Shown here: positions 15,933-30,747 of the stretch, piece by piece
Position numbering within the stretch: position 1 is the stretch's first letter
Layout of the letters: every line of letters starts with the position of its first letter
Assembly (NCBI RefSeq): GCF_009914755.1
Contig: NC_060940.1
DNA length: 64,000 nucleotides
DNA from: the human T2T-CHM13v2.0 reference genome, Homo sapiens
Direction: 5' to 3' (one strand)
Made by a program: the position numbers and the translations under genes
The notes under the pieces: generated by a model
Database searches by the model: none
What the model saw: only the letters and a program-made list of their open reading frames with translations
Told to the model about the DNA's origin: nothing

Positions 15933-16834
15933 GGCCCTCATGGATCCTGCCAGTGGTGCAGGCTCATAACCATCACAGCCCTTCAAAGAGAGGTCTTGCA
16001 ACAACAGCACCGAGGCTCAGCCAGCAGCAATGGAAAAAGTGGTTAGACATTAAGTAGAACTTCCTGGTGCTAGAAGTGCTGAGAAACTGTCCATCCATGA
16101 GTAAATGTATAGTGTGAGCCTGGTGCTAGATTACTGGGGTTAGGGGGAGTAGGGGAGGGAGAGAACCTGCTCCACGGTGGGAAGGAGACGAAGCCTATGA
16201 ATGGCTGAGGAAAAGGAACAAGCCAGCATGTGGTCGTCATAGGCTCTGAAGGGCAGGATAGGGGTTCATGGAAAGGACAGGCCCCCCCAGAAGACTCATG
16301 TGCAAAGGGTTTGTGGAAGGCAGGGACAGCGGCTGGGCCTTGGAAGACTGCCACTTTGGAGTAGGTGGGAAAGGGGAGAGAGGGTGCTCTCGGAGGGGCA
16401 CAAGGCATAGGGGCCAAGATGCAGACGAAGGACAAAGTGCGGGCCTACAAGAGATCATCTCCGGGCCCTACTACATCACCCACCAACGTGGCTCTCCCAG
16501 CCAACTGCCCCAGTGAAGCCTCTGTTGCTTCCACCTGGCCCAGGGCACTAAGACTTCCCAAAGTTGTTGGTGGCCTCTGAATCCAGCCAGCCACCCCACA
16601 GGAGCCTCCCCACGGCAGCAGGAGGCCATGGCTTCCAGCCCCCACCTTCCCTCCCTCGCACCAGAGCTTGGAGGGGTGCTGGATGCTGGAGGAGTCGGGG
16701 CCAAGGGACGGAGGAGCAGAGAAGCCAATCTTCCCCTCTGCCAAGGCCCAAGGCACCTCCAGGTCAGGCCCCGGGAAGTGGGCTGAGAGGTGTTGTTCAG
16801 GAGTAAGACTAAGCATAACACCACCGATGGAGAC

Positions 16835-16886
16835 TGGTATCATTTGGCTGTGTCCTGTGTCCCCACCCAAATCTCATCTTGAATTT

Positions 16887-16919
<33 letters not shown>

Positions 16920-17551
16920 GAGAAGGAGTCTCACTCTCTCACTCTGTCACCCAGGCTGGAGTGCAATGGTGTGATCTCAGCTCACTGCAACCTCCACCTC
17001 TCAGGTTCAAGTAATTCTCCTGCCTCAGCCTCCTGAGAGTAGCTGGGATTACAGGCATGCACCACCAAACCTGGCTAATTTTTGTATTTTTTGTAGAGAC
17101 AGGGTTTCACCATGGTGGCCGGGCTGGTCTTGAACTCCTGACCTCAAGTGATCCTCCTGCCTCAGCCTCCCAAAATGCTGGGATTACGGGCATGAGCCAC
17201 CAAGTACAGCCTCATCTTGAATTGTAGTTCCCAAAATTCCTATGTGTTGTGGGAGGGACCCTGTTGGAGATAATTGAATCATGGGGGCAGTTTCCCCCAT
17301 ACTGTTCTCATGGTAGTGAGTAAATCTCACAAGATCTGATGATTTTATAAGGGGTGTGTCCCCCTTTGCTTGGCTCTCATTCTGTCTTGCCTGACACCAT
17401 GTAAGACATGCCTTTGCTCTTCCTTTGCCTTTCACCATGATTATGAGGCCTCCCAGCCATGTGGAACTGTAAGGCCATTAAACCTCTTTTTCTTTATAAA
17501 TTACCCAGTCTTGGGTATTTCTTCACAGCAGTATGAAAATGGACTCACACA
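16835..17551 (+). mobile_element. THE1 (THE1B/C-like) solo LTR interrupted by an Alu
   Basis: tggtatcatttggctgtgtcc...ggactcacaca; TSD gagac/gagaa. Confidence 0.9.
16886..17211 (-). mobile_element. AluS in the THE1 LTR
   Basis: TSD tcatcttgaatt at 16874-16885 and 17212-17223. Confidence 0.95.
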
Positions 17552-17574
17552 GAGAAAATTCAGCTCCCACATAC

Positions 17575-18179
17575 CCTCACCAGGGTTCTCCCAAGAACTA
17601 GAGCCTTAGCCAGGGTTCTCCCAAGAACTAGAGTCAAGAGGATCCACATATGGATATATGGAGAAGTGTTATGAGGGCCTGGATCACACAGATGTGTTAT
17701 GAGGGCCTGGATCATACAAAAGAGATGTGTTATGAGGGCCTGGATCACACAGGTATAGAAGCTGGAAACATCCCACCCTGTGTCATCTGCAAGCTGGAAG
17801 CCCAGGAAAGCCGATGCTGCAGTTCATGTCCAAATCCCAAGGCCTGAAACCCAGGGGAGCTAATGTTGTCAGTCCCAGTCCCAGGCTGAAGGCGCAAGAA
17901 ACAGGAGTGCCGACGTCCAAGGGCAGGAGAAGACGGATGGCCCAGCTCAAACAAAGAGAGCAAATTCACCCTTCTTTTGCCTTTTCATTCTATCCGGACC
18001 ATCAGTGGACTGGATGATGCCAGCCTGCACCGGTGAGAGCCGTCTGCTTTATTCAGTCCAGCCATCAAAATGCTCATCTCTTCCCGAAATACCTGCACAG
18101 TCACACTCTGAAATCATGTTTCACCAGCTGTCTGGGCAGCCCTTAGCCCAGTCATATTGACACAGAATTGGCCATCACA
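17575..18179 (-). mobile_element. MLT2 (ERVL) LTR with internal tandem duplications
   Basis: cagggttctcc...gcaagctggaagcccagg...ttgacacagaattggccatcaca. Confidence 0.8.
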
Positions 18180-18523
18180 CCTGCCCTGACACATTGGTCC
18201 AAGCATCCTTGGTGAACCCGTGGGTCAGGCACAGGCTCACCCCTGTTGTCCCAGCTTCGGGGGCAAGGGAGTGCCAGGTTCTAAAGTTAGTCTATGAGGC
18301 AAATGTGTCTTAGAGTCAAAGTTATTCCCCAAAACTCTTTCCTCTCCCCTAAGATACAACTGCTGTGGCTTGAGATACATCCATGGAGAATGGTTTGGTC
18401 CATACATCAAGCATGTGGGATGAAAATACATCTTAAAACCCCAGAGTCAAATTTACCTGCCCCACAAGGGGCCACAGAGACCAACACCCGAGGGAACAGC
18501 AGATTCTCACCCACATCACAGGT

Positions 18524-19216
<693 letters not shown>

Positions 19217-19402
19217 CAGGTTCCCTGAGTAAGCCAGCTCCTGTTGACTGCAATTGCCAATCCCTTTACACTGTTATTGTCCTCATTTTTTGGCAAATGT
19301 GCCTATCTATGTTGAAGGAAGTTAAATGATAAATAATGACCTGTACATAGGCATATGTTGTTGTCAGCAAAGTAAAGGGTGAGTGGAATCTGTGCTATAG
19401 TG

Positions 19403-19555
19403 CAGCTCTGCCACAAACTTGCTGTGTGACATTGGGCAAGATGCCTAGCCTCTCTGAGCCTCAATTTCCACCTATGAAATACAAGAATAATGATAATACC
19501 AATGGTCAAAGTGCGCCCGCAAGGACTCAGTGAGGCAATGCCTATGGAAATGCCT
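19403..19555 (+). mobile_element. MIR
   Basis: gctgtgtgacattgggcaag...ctctgagcctcaatttcc. Confidence 0.8.
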
Positions 19556-21179
19556 GCTTGAGGGAGGCAAGGAGGCAGAGTGACAACCACATGGGCCTTG
19601 GGGACAGTGAGCTGAGTCCAAATCCTGGCCCAGCCATTTACCAACTGGCTGGCCCCAAGTCTCTGCAAGAGCATGCAAGGAATGCCAGCACAGACATGCA
19701 CGAGCTCAAGGGCAGAACCACAGGAGCCTACAACAGTCAGCTCCCAAAGCGAAGCCACACTGTGCAGCTATGGCCCTATCTGAGCTGTGGCCGTCCCTGA
19801 TGGGTGAGTCCTACGCAGCTCTTTCCCAGGCTCCTTGGGGTCCTCAGGCCCTGTGGCTTTGCAGAAGTCAGGGACTGTGGCTGGAATCCCAGGCTGGCCA
19901 CCTCTCTTTGCTTCCTCTTTCCACGTTTGGAGAAGGCATTTCCTCCCCTTCCAGCCCTGGGCCAGTGGGTCAGGTTTCCACCCAGATGGAAAGTCCCACC
20001 CAGGGCCCCCAGAGGACAGCTCACCATGGAAACTCCACAGGGCACCCGCCAGACACGGAGTAAGTGGCCACTGGCAGGCCTAACTGGGGCAGGCTCCCAG
20101 TCCTGCCCACCAGGAGGGGGAGGTGGGCAGGAGAGGGAGAGGGGGCTCCAGCCAGACTTTAGATCTCAGACACAGAACAACGTTCCTACACACGCAGAGC
20201 AAAAAGTGGGTGATCGTGCGTGCATGCAGGTGTATGCATGTGTGTGAGCATGCCCTGAGCCCTCTACGCATTCTGAGCCTCAGTTTCCCTAACTGCACCC
20301 CTGTTGGAGGCTGGATTGGACTCAGATAAGATGAGTAAATGCAATCATCCAGTAAGAAGTAAGCAACAGGTGGGTGGGCTCTGCCAGATGAAGACCCCCA
20401 GGCCTATCGGAATAAACCACAGCCAAATGACAGTCTGGGCAAGGGGAGGAGGGGACACCGTGAGTGAGGTGCCTCCCATGGTGTTCAGTTCAAAGGAGAA
20501 GCACATAAACAGAGCTTCCCAAACTGTGTTCCAAGATTCCGGGCTTAGGGATAGGTGGTAGTCAAAAAAAGGGATGAAGGACAGATTCTGAGCCCAAGAG
20601 TTTTAAGAACCCTCTCTATGACTCAAAGCATCCACAGGCATGTTGAGGGCCCTTGGAGATCCTGCCTTAAAGAAACCCATTCAATTGCACTTAACCAGGC
20701 ACTTAGGAAAGTTACCCCAGCAGCTGCCCCACCAGCCCCCAGACGCAGCCCAGCAAAGGCAGCATTGCCTCCGCCCAGCTCCCTCCAGGCTGTACTGCAT
20801 GGAACTCCAGGGTTGTGTGGTGCACTGAGGCACGGAGCATTTTTCCAGGGTCAATTGAAGAAGGAACTCTAAGAAAGATGTTTCTGCATCGTGTGCCAAA
20901 TTGTTACTGAGATGGTTCCTGCTGTTTGTCCATTGATTAATGAGGATCCACAGAATAAATTCCTCAGCATTCCAAGCCAGGGGGAAAACACTGGTCTGTC
21001 CCAAGCTCTTACATAATACAGAAGCAGCTTTGATTCTATTTCTCTTTGGGCCTTGGCTGCCAGGAGGCTCAAAGGCATCCTGACCCTTCCCTTAGGTTTT
21101 GACATAATTAGTCTCTTCAACTATTATTTGAGCTCCCCACTGACCCACAGGCCACCTCGACAGCCTTTCATTAGTAATC

Positions 21180-21350
21180 ATCACAGTTAGCACTTATTGG
21201 GGACATGCTGTGTGCCAGGCACCATGCTGGACACATGTCATGTACCCTCTCACTTGTCCTTATAATGGTGCCACAAGGTAGGGGCTTTGTTATTCCCATT
21301 CTACAGATCACAAAACTGAGCTCTGGGAAGGTGCAATCACTGAGTCAAGC
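21180..21350 (-). mobile_element. MIR
   Basis: tattcccattctacagatcacaaaactgag. Confidence 0.75.
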
Positions 21351-22674
21351 CCATTCTCGCAGTGAATACACTTAATTTGTGCTGTGTGTGTTCACCTGCC
21401 CACTGCTGCCTCCTCACTCTAGAATGTGAGTCCTGGAAGTCAGGGACCCAACTGTGCCCTTGTGGCCTAGAAGCACACAGACGCCTGACAATACTATGAT
21501 GAATAACTGGTGGTGAATCAGGATTGAAATAAGGGCCTATCTGCCTGAAAACCCATGCCCTTAACGCTCGTGTCTTTTTGGTCTGCAGGGTTTGGTAAAC
21601 CTAACGCTAAACTTAACCTTCAGTGTAACCCTAACCCTGATAACCAAACCTATGCTAACCTCTAGCATAATCCCAAATGAATTAATTAATAAGCCATGAA
21701 ATGCTCCCTGCCTGACCCTGTCCTTGGCTCTGTGGGGCAAGGGCTCTGAACACAGAGGCTTGGGCCATTTAGGGAGAGGAGATGCAGGAGCTCAGGTGAC
21801 AGCATAGATGGACTCAATGAAGATGGTGGGAGCACATGGAGTCGGCAGCAGGGAGAGGGCAGCGGAGACGGAAGGCTGAGTTTCCCTCCTGGGAGGCCTG
21901 GCCAGACCTGAGTAGGGCAGACCAGGCCAAGCGGAGCTGGAGCAGCGGTCACAGAACAGGAACGCTGAGCCGACCCCCACTCCCAGGAGCGGCTACTCTG
22001 GCCTGCGAGGGCCAGCCCAGCGGGTGGGGAGGCGATGCCCTGCCCAGCTTCCTGCCCCATTCCAAGCTGGCCAGGAGCCCCACAGCCAGCACAGGAAATA
22101 ACAGGGGCCCCCAGAGGCCGCCCAGGCAGGCCCTGCTCCGAGGCCACCCGGGGAGGGAAGGAGGCCATTGTCGGCCTTTGTTTCAGTTTCCCCAGCATTA
22201 CCCAGGCTCCAAGAGGCCACTGGGAGCTCACAAAGCTTCCCCCCAACCTGCAGCTGTCCAGCCTCCCCCAGCCCCGACCCTGGGGACAGGCCTGCCAGGC
22301 CCCTGGTCTCTTAAAGAGGCAGGTGCAGGGTGTAAAATGAAGTCACATGCAAGTTGGGGGTTGCGGGGCGGCCCATGCAGGCCACAGCAGGCCAGGCAGG
22401 CGAACAGACAGATGCACCAAGACTGGGGTCTAGGTCCACACCAGGGTCAGCCCAGCACTGGGCCCAAGTGCAGGGGTGCAAATCTTTGGATGGAAAGAAT
22501 GTCTAGGGCCCTGAGGGTACGACAAAGAAATGGAAGAAAGAAAACAGAGCAAGGAGACAATCTGGACATCTTGAACACCCCGCCTGGGCACTGTTCCTGA
22601 TCCTTCAAGGGAGACAGCCCAGAAACAGGCTTTTTCTGCTCATTTGCATGCCTGGGTGTGGATGAGTGAATGCT

Positions 22675-23175
22675 GCATATGTGTGTATGCCTCTGTATGT
22701 GCATGCATTTGTAAGTGTGTGCACATGCGCACTATGGGTATGTTGGCAGTGTGAACACACTCCTGTATGCACGTATGGGTGTGCATCTGTGTTATGCATG
22801 TGTGTGCATACCTGTGTCTGCAGGCATCTGTGTGGGTGTGCATTATGCATATGCATGCACTTGGCTGTGCGTACATATGTGTGTAGTATGGAGGAACATG
22901 TATGTGAAGGCCCATATATGTGAATGTGTGTATTGTGTGGAGTATGCATATGCCAATGTGCACATACGTGTGTGTTTACATGTGCATGGGTGGTACATGT
23001 GCATTGTGTGCAAATGTGTACCTACATGTGTGTGAATGTCCATGTGCATTGTGTGGAGTACATTTGCACTGAGTGAGAGTATGAGCATATATATGTATGA
23101 ATGTGTGCATGCATCCTTGTGTTGGTGTGCATGTAATATGTGTATGTTGTGTGTGCACATGCATGCACACACAAT
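22675..23175 (+). repeat. Degenerate (TG/CATG)n low-complexity tract
   Basis: Directly visible. Confidence 0.9.
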
Positions 23176-23394
23176 GACTTGTGAATTTACACATCACCAC
23201 CAAAGAGCACTCACAGGTTTTTGCCCATTAGCAATCACTCATTCCCACACTGACCCTGGTGGCTTCTCACTAGTGGTGTGTCGCTGCAATGACATTAGGG
23301 ATTACAGCACATTCTAGTGCCCGTCATTCCACCAAGATGCAGTAAGTCTCCACTGAGTCCCAGGCACTGTGAATTAGCAACTACAGAAAGCGTG

Positions 23395-23580
23395 CCCTAG
23401 ACTCAGACAAAACCCCAACTAGCTGTGCAGACTGGACTAGTCTCTTTAGCTCTTTGGCCTCAGTTGCTCATCTGTGAGACGGGAATGCTAATACTGTGGT
23501 TAACAAGGCTTAAATGAGATAATGCATGTCACAGCCCCCTGTCTGGCACCAAGTGGATGCTCACTAGATGGTTATTATTT
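23395..23580 (+). mobile_element. MIR
   Basis: gcctcagttgctcatctgtgagacggg...ttaaatgagataatgcatgt. Confidence 0.8.
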
Positions 23581-25112
23581 TTTAATTGTTATTGTTAAGA
23601 CAGTGATAATTGCTGAGGATACGACAGGAAGCAAACAGGCACTGTCCCTGCCTCCACAAGCTTGCCAGGTTTGCAAGGCATTTAGCCTTGATAAGTAGAA
23701 TAGCATAAGTAAAATATATCATATTTGCCAGACTAAGCATGAGTCTGATGTGCTAACTATCACGTATGGCCAGCAGCCATCAGTTAAAGCAATCAACCAT
23801 GACAAAGGAGAACAAATTATCAGTGGAGGTAAAATAATAATTTTTTGAACCAGAGAGGCATCAGATAGCCAGGTTCAGCATAATCTCATGTGTGTGAGAG
23901 TGTGTGTGTGTGTGCGTGTGTGTGCACCTGCCTGCACATTCAAGAATGTTAAGGGAATGTCAGCTGACATGACAGCAGCCTAACCCCTGTGGGCTGCCTG
24001 CAGTCTACAGCAGGGCACCATTGACCATATCCAACCCAGGAGCTGGGCCCTGCAGAGTGTCCACCCAGGAAGCCAACACACGCCAGGTGGTGTGGTCAAG
24101 CTGATTTTGGCCATTTCCTAATGGGCACTGGCCCATGGCCGCACAGTCCATGTGTCCAGCCCCACCCAAGGAAGGAACCTGATCTCAGGTCAGCCTCAGG
24201 CCTCTACCTTTCAGAGCAGACCCAGCCCACCTCCCACCAACCCCCACCCCACCTGGCCTTCCCCACTTGGGAAACAAGCCATGCCTCACCAACCACGGTG
24301 AACAAGAATGGTTCCCTACAGACTCAGTTCCACCCCAAATCTGCAGGAAGGTGAAGCGGATTGCCCCAGGCACTGTGGCCATGCCCAGAGATTGCCAGTC
24401 ACGATGTGGGGAGAAAGGCAGGAAGCTGTGACGATGTGACGAGAAGGAGGGGCCCATCTGAGCCTTCTCTGTCACCCATACAGACGCAAAGCTCAGAGCT
24501 AAGCTCCTATGGCACTTCCCTCCACATGGTGTCAATAGCAAAAGTAAAGGTACAGGGTGCCAGGTGGCACCTTAGGGGTTGAGCACTCCATACGGATTTC
24601 CCGTGCCATCCTCACAATGGCCTTAGGAAGTAGAATTATTATTCTCCCCATTTCCGATGAGAAAATGAAATGACAGGGAGGTTTAGTAACTTACTCCATA
24701 TTGAACAGCTAATAAGTATCTAGACCTCAAACCCAGATTTTGCTCTAAACAAAGTGAACAAAACTCAGGCCCTGCACTTCCCAGGACAAATACAGACGAA
24801 GAAGTAGAGGTGAGATTCTGCATCTTGGCAGACATTTGCCAGGCACCTGCCAACTGCCAAGCCAGGGCTGGGCTGTGGAGACACAGAGAATCAGACTTGG
24901 TCACTGTCCCCTAGGAGTGAGCAGAGCATCAGGGAGCTGGGTATAAGAGAAGGAACATTAGAACCAAGCAGAGGGCAGCGGGAGCACTGAGGGCCAGGAT
25001 CAGGAGCTCTTTGGCTCAGGGGGCACAAAATTATGTCAGGGCTATCATGGGAAACTTCCTGGAGGAGGTGTCATTTAGGCTGAGCTTCAAAAAATGCCAA
25101 GGGGACACACAC

Positions 25113-25247
25113 AGTCTATGGACCAGCAGCATCAACATCACCCTGGAGCCTGTTAGAAATGCAGAATCTCAGGCCCTACCCAGACCTGCTGAGTCAGAAT
25201 CTGCATCTTGACAATTTGCACACATGTTCAAGTTTGAGGAGCACTGG
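25113..25247. mobile_element. MER5A
   Basis: accagcagcatcaacatcaccctggagcctgttagaaatgcagaatctcaggccc. Confidence 0.85.
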
Positions 25248-28200
25248 TGCAAACCACCCCAGGACGCACAAGGCTGGGCAACACTGGAGGGAGCAGGATG
25301 GGCAGCAACTCCCCCAAATGCATGAGGAGTTATGCCATTGGCACCCCACCCCACACACCCCAACCCACAGACATGCCTGACTGTTTACAGGCAGGCTTCA
25401 AGTCGCCAAAGAACTATTGATTTCCAGTGTCCACCAGCAGGACAGCGGGATCCTTGGGGACCTAGGAAACAGCCAACACCAAAGAGAGGCCTTTCCATCC
25501 TCAGGGAGCACCCCAGCTTTGGAGAAAGTAGGACTGGCCCCTCCTTGTCTTTACAATCCTCATTACTGAAGTCCCCCGAAAAGCCCAACAGCACCAGGAG
25601 AGGAGGGGCAGGGCCATGGGCTTGCTGGGGCAGATGGTCCCAAATCAACTGAGCAACTGCGCTGCAAAATCTCAATGCCAGGCCAGGGACACGAGACAAA
25701 TGACAGCATCCCTGCCATCAGGGAAGCCCCAAGTCCATCTCAAGTGGGTGGAAATCAGCAAGACAAGCCTAGCTCCGTGGAAGCGAAGTCATCAGCCAGG
25801 GTAGAGGTACAGGAGGAAAACAGGAGTCAGAAGACGCACTGCACACGTGTTCATTTCCACATGTCCTGGGTACCAGCACACTTGAGTCCAGAGCACACAT
25901 GTGTACATGTATGCACAGGCTCTGCATACACATGTGCACAGCAGGCATGTCGACGAGGAAGCCAAGTACAGTGGAGCCCAATGGGGGCCCCAAGGCTGGT
26001 GCAGAGCCAGAGGAAAAGGGTGGGCAGGAAATGCCACCTCCTCCTCAGAGAACTGGTCCAAGGCAGCCCCAGGGAGCCCAGGATGCAGCACAAACCAGCA
26101 GGCGGAGCACAGGGGTGCTGGAGCCTCCCCCTGCCAGGGGTCCGAGTCAGGGCTGCAGCTACCTGGGCATACTTACACACAAGCACACACACAAGTGCAT
26201 GCATCCGTGTGCACACAAGATACAGAATGCCCTACCCCATAGACTGCTCACCATGGTAACAGAGTGGCCACCTCTCAGCTCCAGTCACCACCTGACGATT
26301 TCTGAGGCCCCCTGTGCTAGAGGGGGAGCAGCTCTAACAAAGGCGCAGCCCGGGCTGCCTGGCCAGGGGTCCATGGAGCCAACCCGCCAGCGCATGCCTG
26401 CCACGCTCCCCCGGTGAGCTCAGGGCCACCGCGTCTTCCTACCCAGCCTGCCTGGCTCCACTTAGCTCAACTCCCCACAGGCTCCCCAGCCGAGCTAATG
26501 AGAAACTCCCCAGCTGGCCCCATATAAAAATGCATTTCATAAGTCTTTAAAATGCTGGGAAATTCTACATCTATTTAGTGAGACTTTTTTGCTCCTTTAA
26601 AATGTCCCTTGGTCCTCATCAAGAAGATGATTGGGTTGAGGGCTCAAGCACAAAAGGTGGACGCCACCAGCACACCAGCCGGAAGCCAAAGGGCGCCCAG
26701 GCAGCATGCACCACGGGCCACAGCCAGGCAGCTCCAGGCAAGTATCGTGGGTGGGTGGGACATCCCACAGGTGACCCAATGCAGGACGGTCACTTGGGGA
26801 AATGTGTAAAGTGAGACCCAGCGGGGAGCAATGGACAGAGAAGAGGGGAACAGTCTCTCCAGCCTTGATTTGGGGATTGAAAGAAAAAGTTAGAAGGTGC
26901 TGGGAGCCCCTGAGAAAATCTCCAAAGGAGAAAAAAAAAGACCACCCACACGAAGATGTTCATCATGGCATTATTTACAACAGCCATCACCTAAAGCAGT
27001 CCAAACGTCCAACAGGGGAGAGGCGGAGAATAACATTCATGCCCATCCACTCAAGGGCTCCAGCACAGACACTAAGGTGAGAGGTACGTGGGTCCCAGGA
27101 TCACAGGAAGCTCAGGTCCAACAGGGACTACAGGGAAACCCACTGCGAGTTCAGCGTGGACTTCATCTAGAAGCTTATAGACGAATGGAGCTCGAAAGGG
27201 GACTGGGAGAAATGCAAACGCAAGTGCAGAAGCGCAGGGGTGTGGGTGGAGTTTCTGTGAAGCTGTTGAAATAATAACTATGCACTCCAGCAAAACACAA
27301 GCAGGGCAGGAGGCAGCTCCGCGTGGTTCAGAAGTGCAGGCGGGACTGCACGGAGTGGCCTCGCCTCCCCATGGTGAAAGGCCCGGGCTTCTGGACATTT
27401 CTATCCATTTCCCCAGCCAAAACCTCGGGGCAAAGGACTGCAGGGGATGAGGCTGTCGCCTTGGTCAGGAGCAGGGACCCTGACCATTCTCCTCACCCCA
27501 ACTTTTACCCAGAACCAGGCTAAAAGAAAAATGGGAGGCTTCAATGCATTCTTCCCAAGGAGGTCCCAGGACACCAGCTACCCCATTGCCAGCTCTACCT
27601 CCCATCTGAGCAGGTCCCAGAGACTGCAGCCTTATCCCCACCTTCCCCTGCAAACTGGCCCCATGCCCAACACCCAGATGTGGAAGGAGGGCTGGGGATG
27701 GGGCTGGAGGTGGTGTGAGTCCCTGCAGAGAGCCTGGCCCAGTGTTTTCCAGGCCTGGCTTTGAACATGGGAGATGTGTGCAAGGTCTTCAAAACATGTA
27801 CCTCCTCTCCTTCCAGGCAGCAAATCCTGAGAGCTGGCTGCAGTCAGACTCTTCTACCTGACCCAGGAGTGACCGGGGCACAGAGCTGATTCCAGAGAGT
27901 CTCCTCTAAAACAAGGCATGGGACCCACTTTCTCACCGGCATGTCTGCCATCTACAGTTGAGGCACTAAATTCATGCATGAGCGGCCTGGGTTCAAACCC
28001 TCACTCTGCCACTTCTTGGCTGAGTGACCTAGAACCAAGTTATAGCATCTCTGTTTCTCGGTTTTCTCACATGTATGTGAAAAGCACTGGAAAGGAGCCC
28101 TGGCTCCTAGAAGCACCTCGTAAATGGGAGTGACGGTTCCTATTAACCAGAGCAAGAAGACCTGTCCCATGGCAGGAAAGCCTAAAAGTCTGATCACAGT

Positions 28201-28549
28201 GCGACACCAATAAGGTCTCAGGCTGCGGGTCCATCACGGTCAACTGATAATACTGAGTGTTCCTCTCAAACCACAAGTGTGTCTGTCACCATGCCAGAAA
28301 TAAACTTACCTAACCTGCCCAGGCATTCACAAGAAGTATGTGTCAGCAAACTGTGTCCTATCTCTGGCCCATCCACAGACCCTTCTCCTACTGCCTCTCC
28401 CTGCTGCTGTTCCAGAGCTGCTATGCTGGATGGAAGCCATGGAGCAGACTCTGCCCAACCAGTCCCAGAACCCAGCCTGGAGAGGTGGGAGATTCCAATG
28501 AGACTCTGACTAGACAATTACATAAAAATGACCCCCTTACCCACTTCAC

Positions 28550-28721
<172 letters not shown>

Positions 28722-28894
28722 TCACAGGGAAAGAGGAGGTAAATTTCCACATGGTCGTGTTGGTTCCCTGAAACCCCACATCATAGACCTCAGGATCACG
28801 CATGATGTTTCTGGTGTCTGCCACTTAGAGACCTCATTCCAAAGGGCTTGTGGGAAGAGGGAGGAAATGCTGAAGGTAAGATGTGTCTCCCTGC

Positions 28895-29390
28895 CAGGCT
28901 GGGATGGGCGGGAGAGACAGGGGTTAGGGGTAGGGTTAGGGTTAGTACCAGGCTGGGATGGGTGGGAGAGGGGGTGATTAGGGTTAGGGTTAGAGTTAGG
29001 ATTAGTGCCAGGCTGGGATGGGCAGGAAAGAGGGGGATTAGGGTTAGCATTACAGTTAGGGTTAGGGTTAGTAGCAGGCTGGGATGGGCGGGAAAGAGGG
29101 GCGTTAGGGTTAGGGTTAGAGTAGGGTTAGGGTTAGTAGCAGGCTGGGATGGGCGGGAAAGAGGGGGGTTAGGGTTAGGGTTAGAGTAGGGTTAGGGTTA
29201 GTAGCAGGCTGGGATGGGCGGGAAAGAGGGGGGTTAGAGCTAGCGTTAGGTTTAGTAGCAGGCTGAAATGGGTGGGAAAGAGGGGGGGTTAGGTGTAGGG
29301 GTAGGTTTCGTACAAGGCTGGGATTGGCGGGAGAGAGGGGGGGTTAGGGTTAGGGCTAGTGCCAGGCTGTGATGCGCAGAATAAAGGGGA
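28895..29390 (+). repeat. Interstitial telomere-like composite minisatellite, about 8.5 units of 49-66 bp
   Basis: Units start at 28895, 28949, 29009, 29075, 29140, 29205, 29259, 29314 and 29363. Each is CAGGCTGGGATGGGCGGGAAAGAGGGG followed by several TTAGGG-type hexamers. Confidence 0.95.
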
Positions 29391-29430
29391 TTTGGAGACG
29401 TTGGTAGGAGGGAGGTCAAAGGCACTGGGA

Positions 29431-30038
<608 letters not shown>

Positions 30039-30355
30039 TCAAATCCAGCCTGGGCAGCATAGCTAGACTCCACCTCTAAAAACAAAACAAAACTTCTACA
30101 TGGATATTCACAGCAGCTCTATTCACAATAGCCAGAGATGAAAACAACCAAAATGTCAATCAACAATACCCAAACAAAATGTGGTCCTCCCATACAATAG
30201 AATATTATACAGCCCTAAAAAGGGGTGAAGGACAGACACCTCCTATAATAACATGGATGAACCTTGAAAATATTAGGCTAAGTGAAAGAAGCTAGTCAAT
30301 GGAGATTATGTATTATATGACTCCACTGACAGGATGTCCAGAATAGGCAAGTCTA

Positions 30356-30682
<327 letters not shown>

Positions 30683-30747
30683 TCAATGGTTGCCTGGGGC
30701 TGGGAGGGGTAGGAGGGCAGGGGTGATAGCTAAGGATACAGTGTTTC

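Noticed and set aside
21836-22600. 254-aa plus-strand ORF, the longest in the window
   Set aside because: Low-complexity P/G/A/R/S composition in GC-rich DNA, no recognisable domain, and overlapping ORFs on both strands; expected by chance.
28796-29189. VR-repeat and LT-repeat ORFs
   Set aside because: Simple translations of TTAGGG/CCCTAA repeats; nothing indicates translation here.
28895-29390. Telomere fusion site, integrated HHV-6 repeats or CRISPR-like array
   Set aside because: Single orientation, no subtelomeric or viral flanks seen, and the variable parts are hexamer repeats rather than unique spacers.
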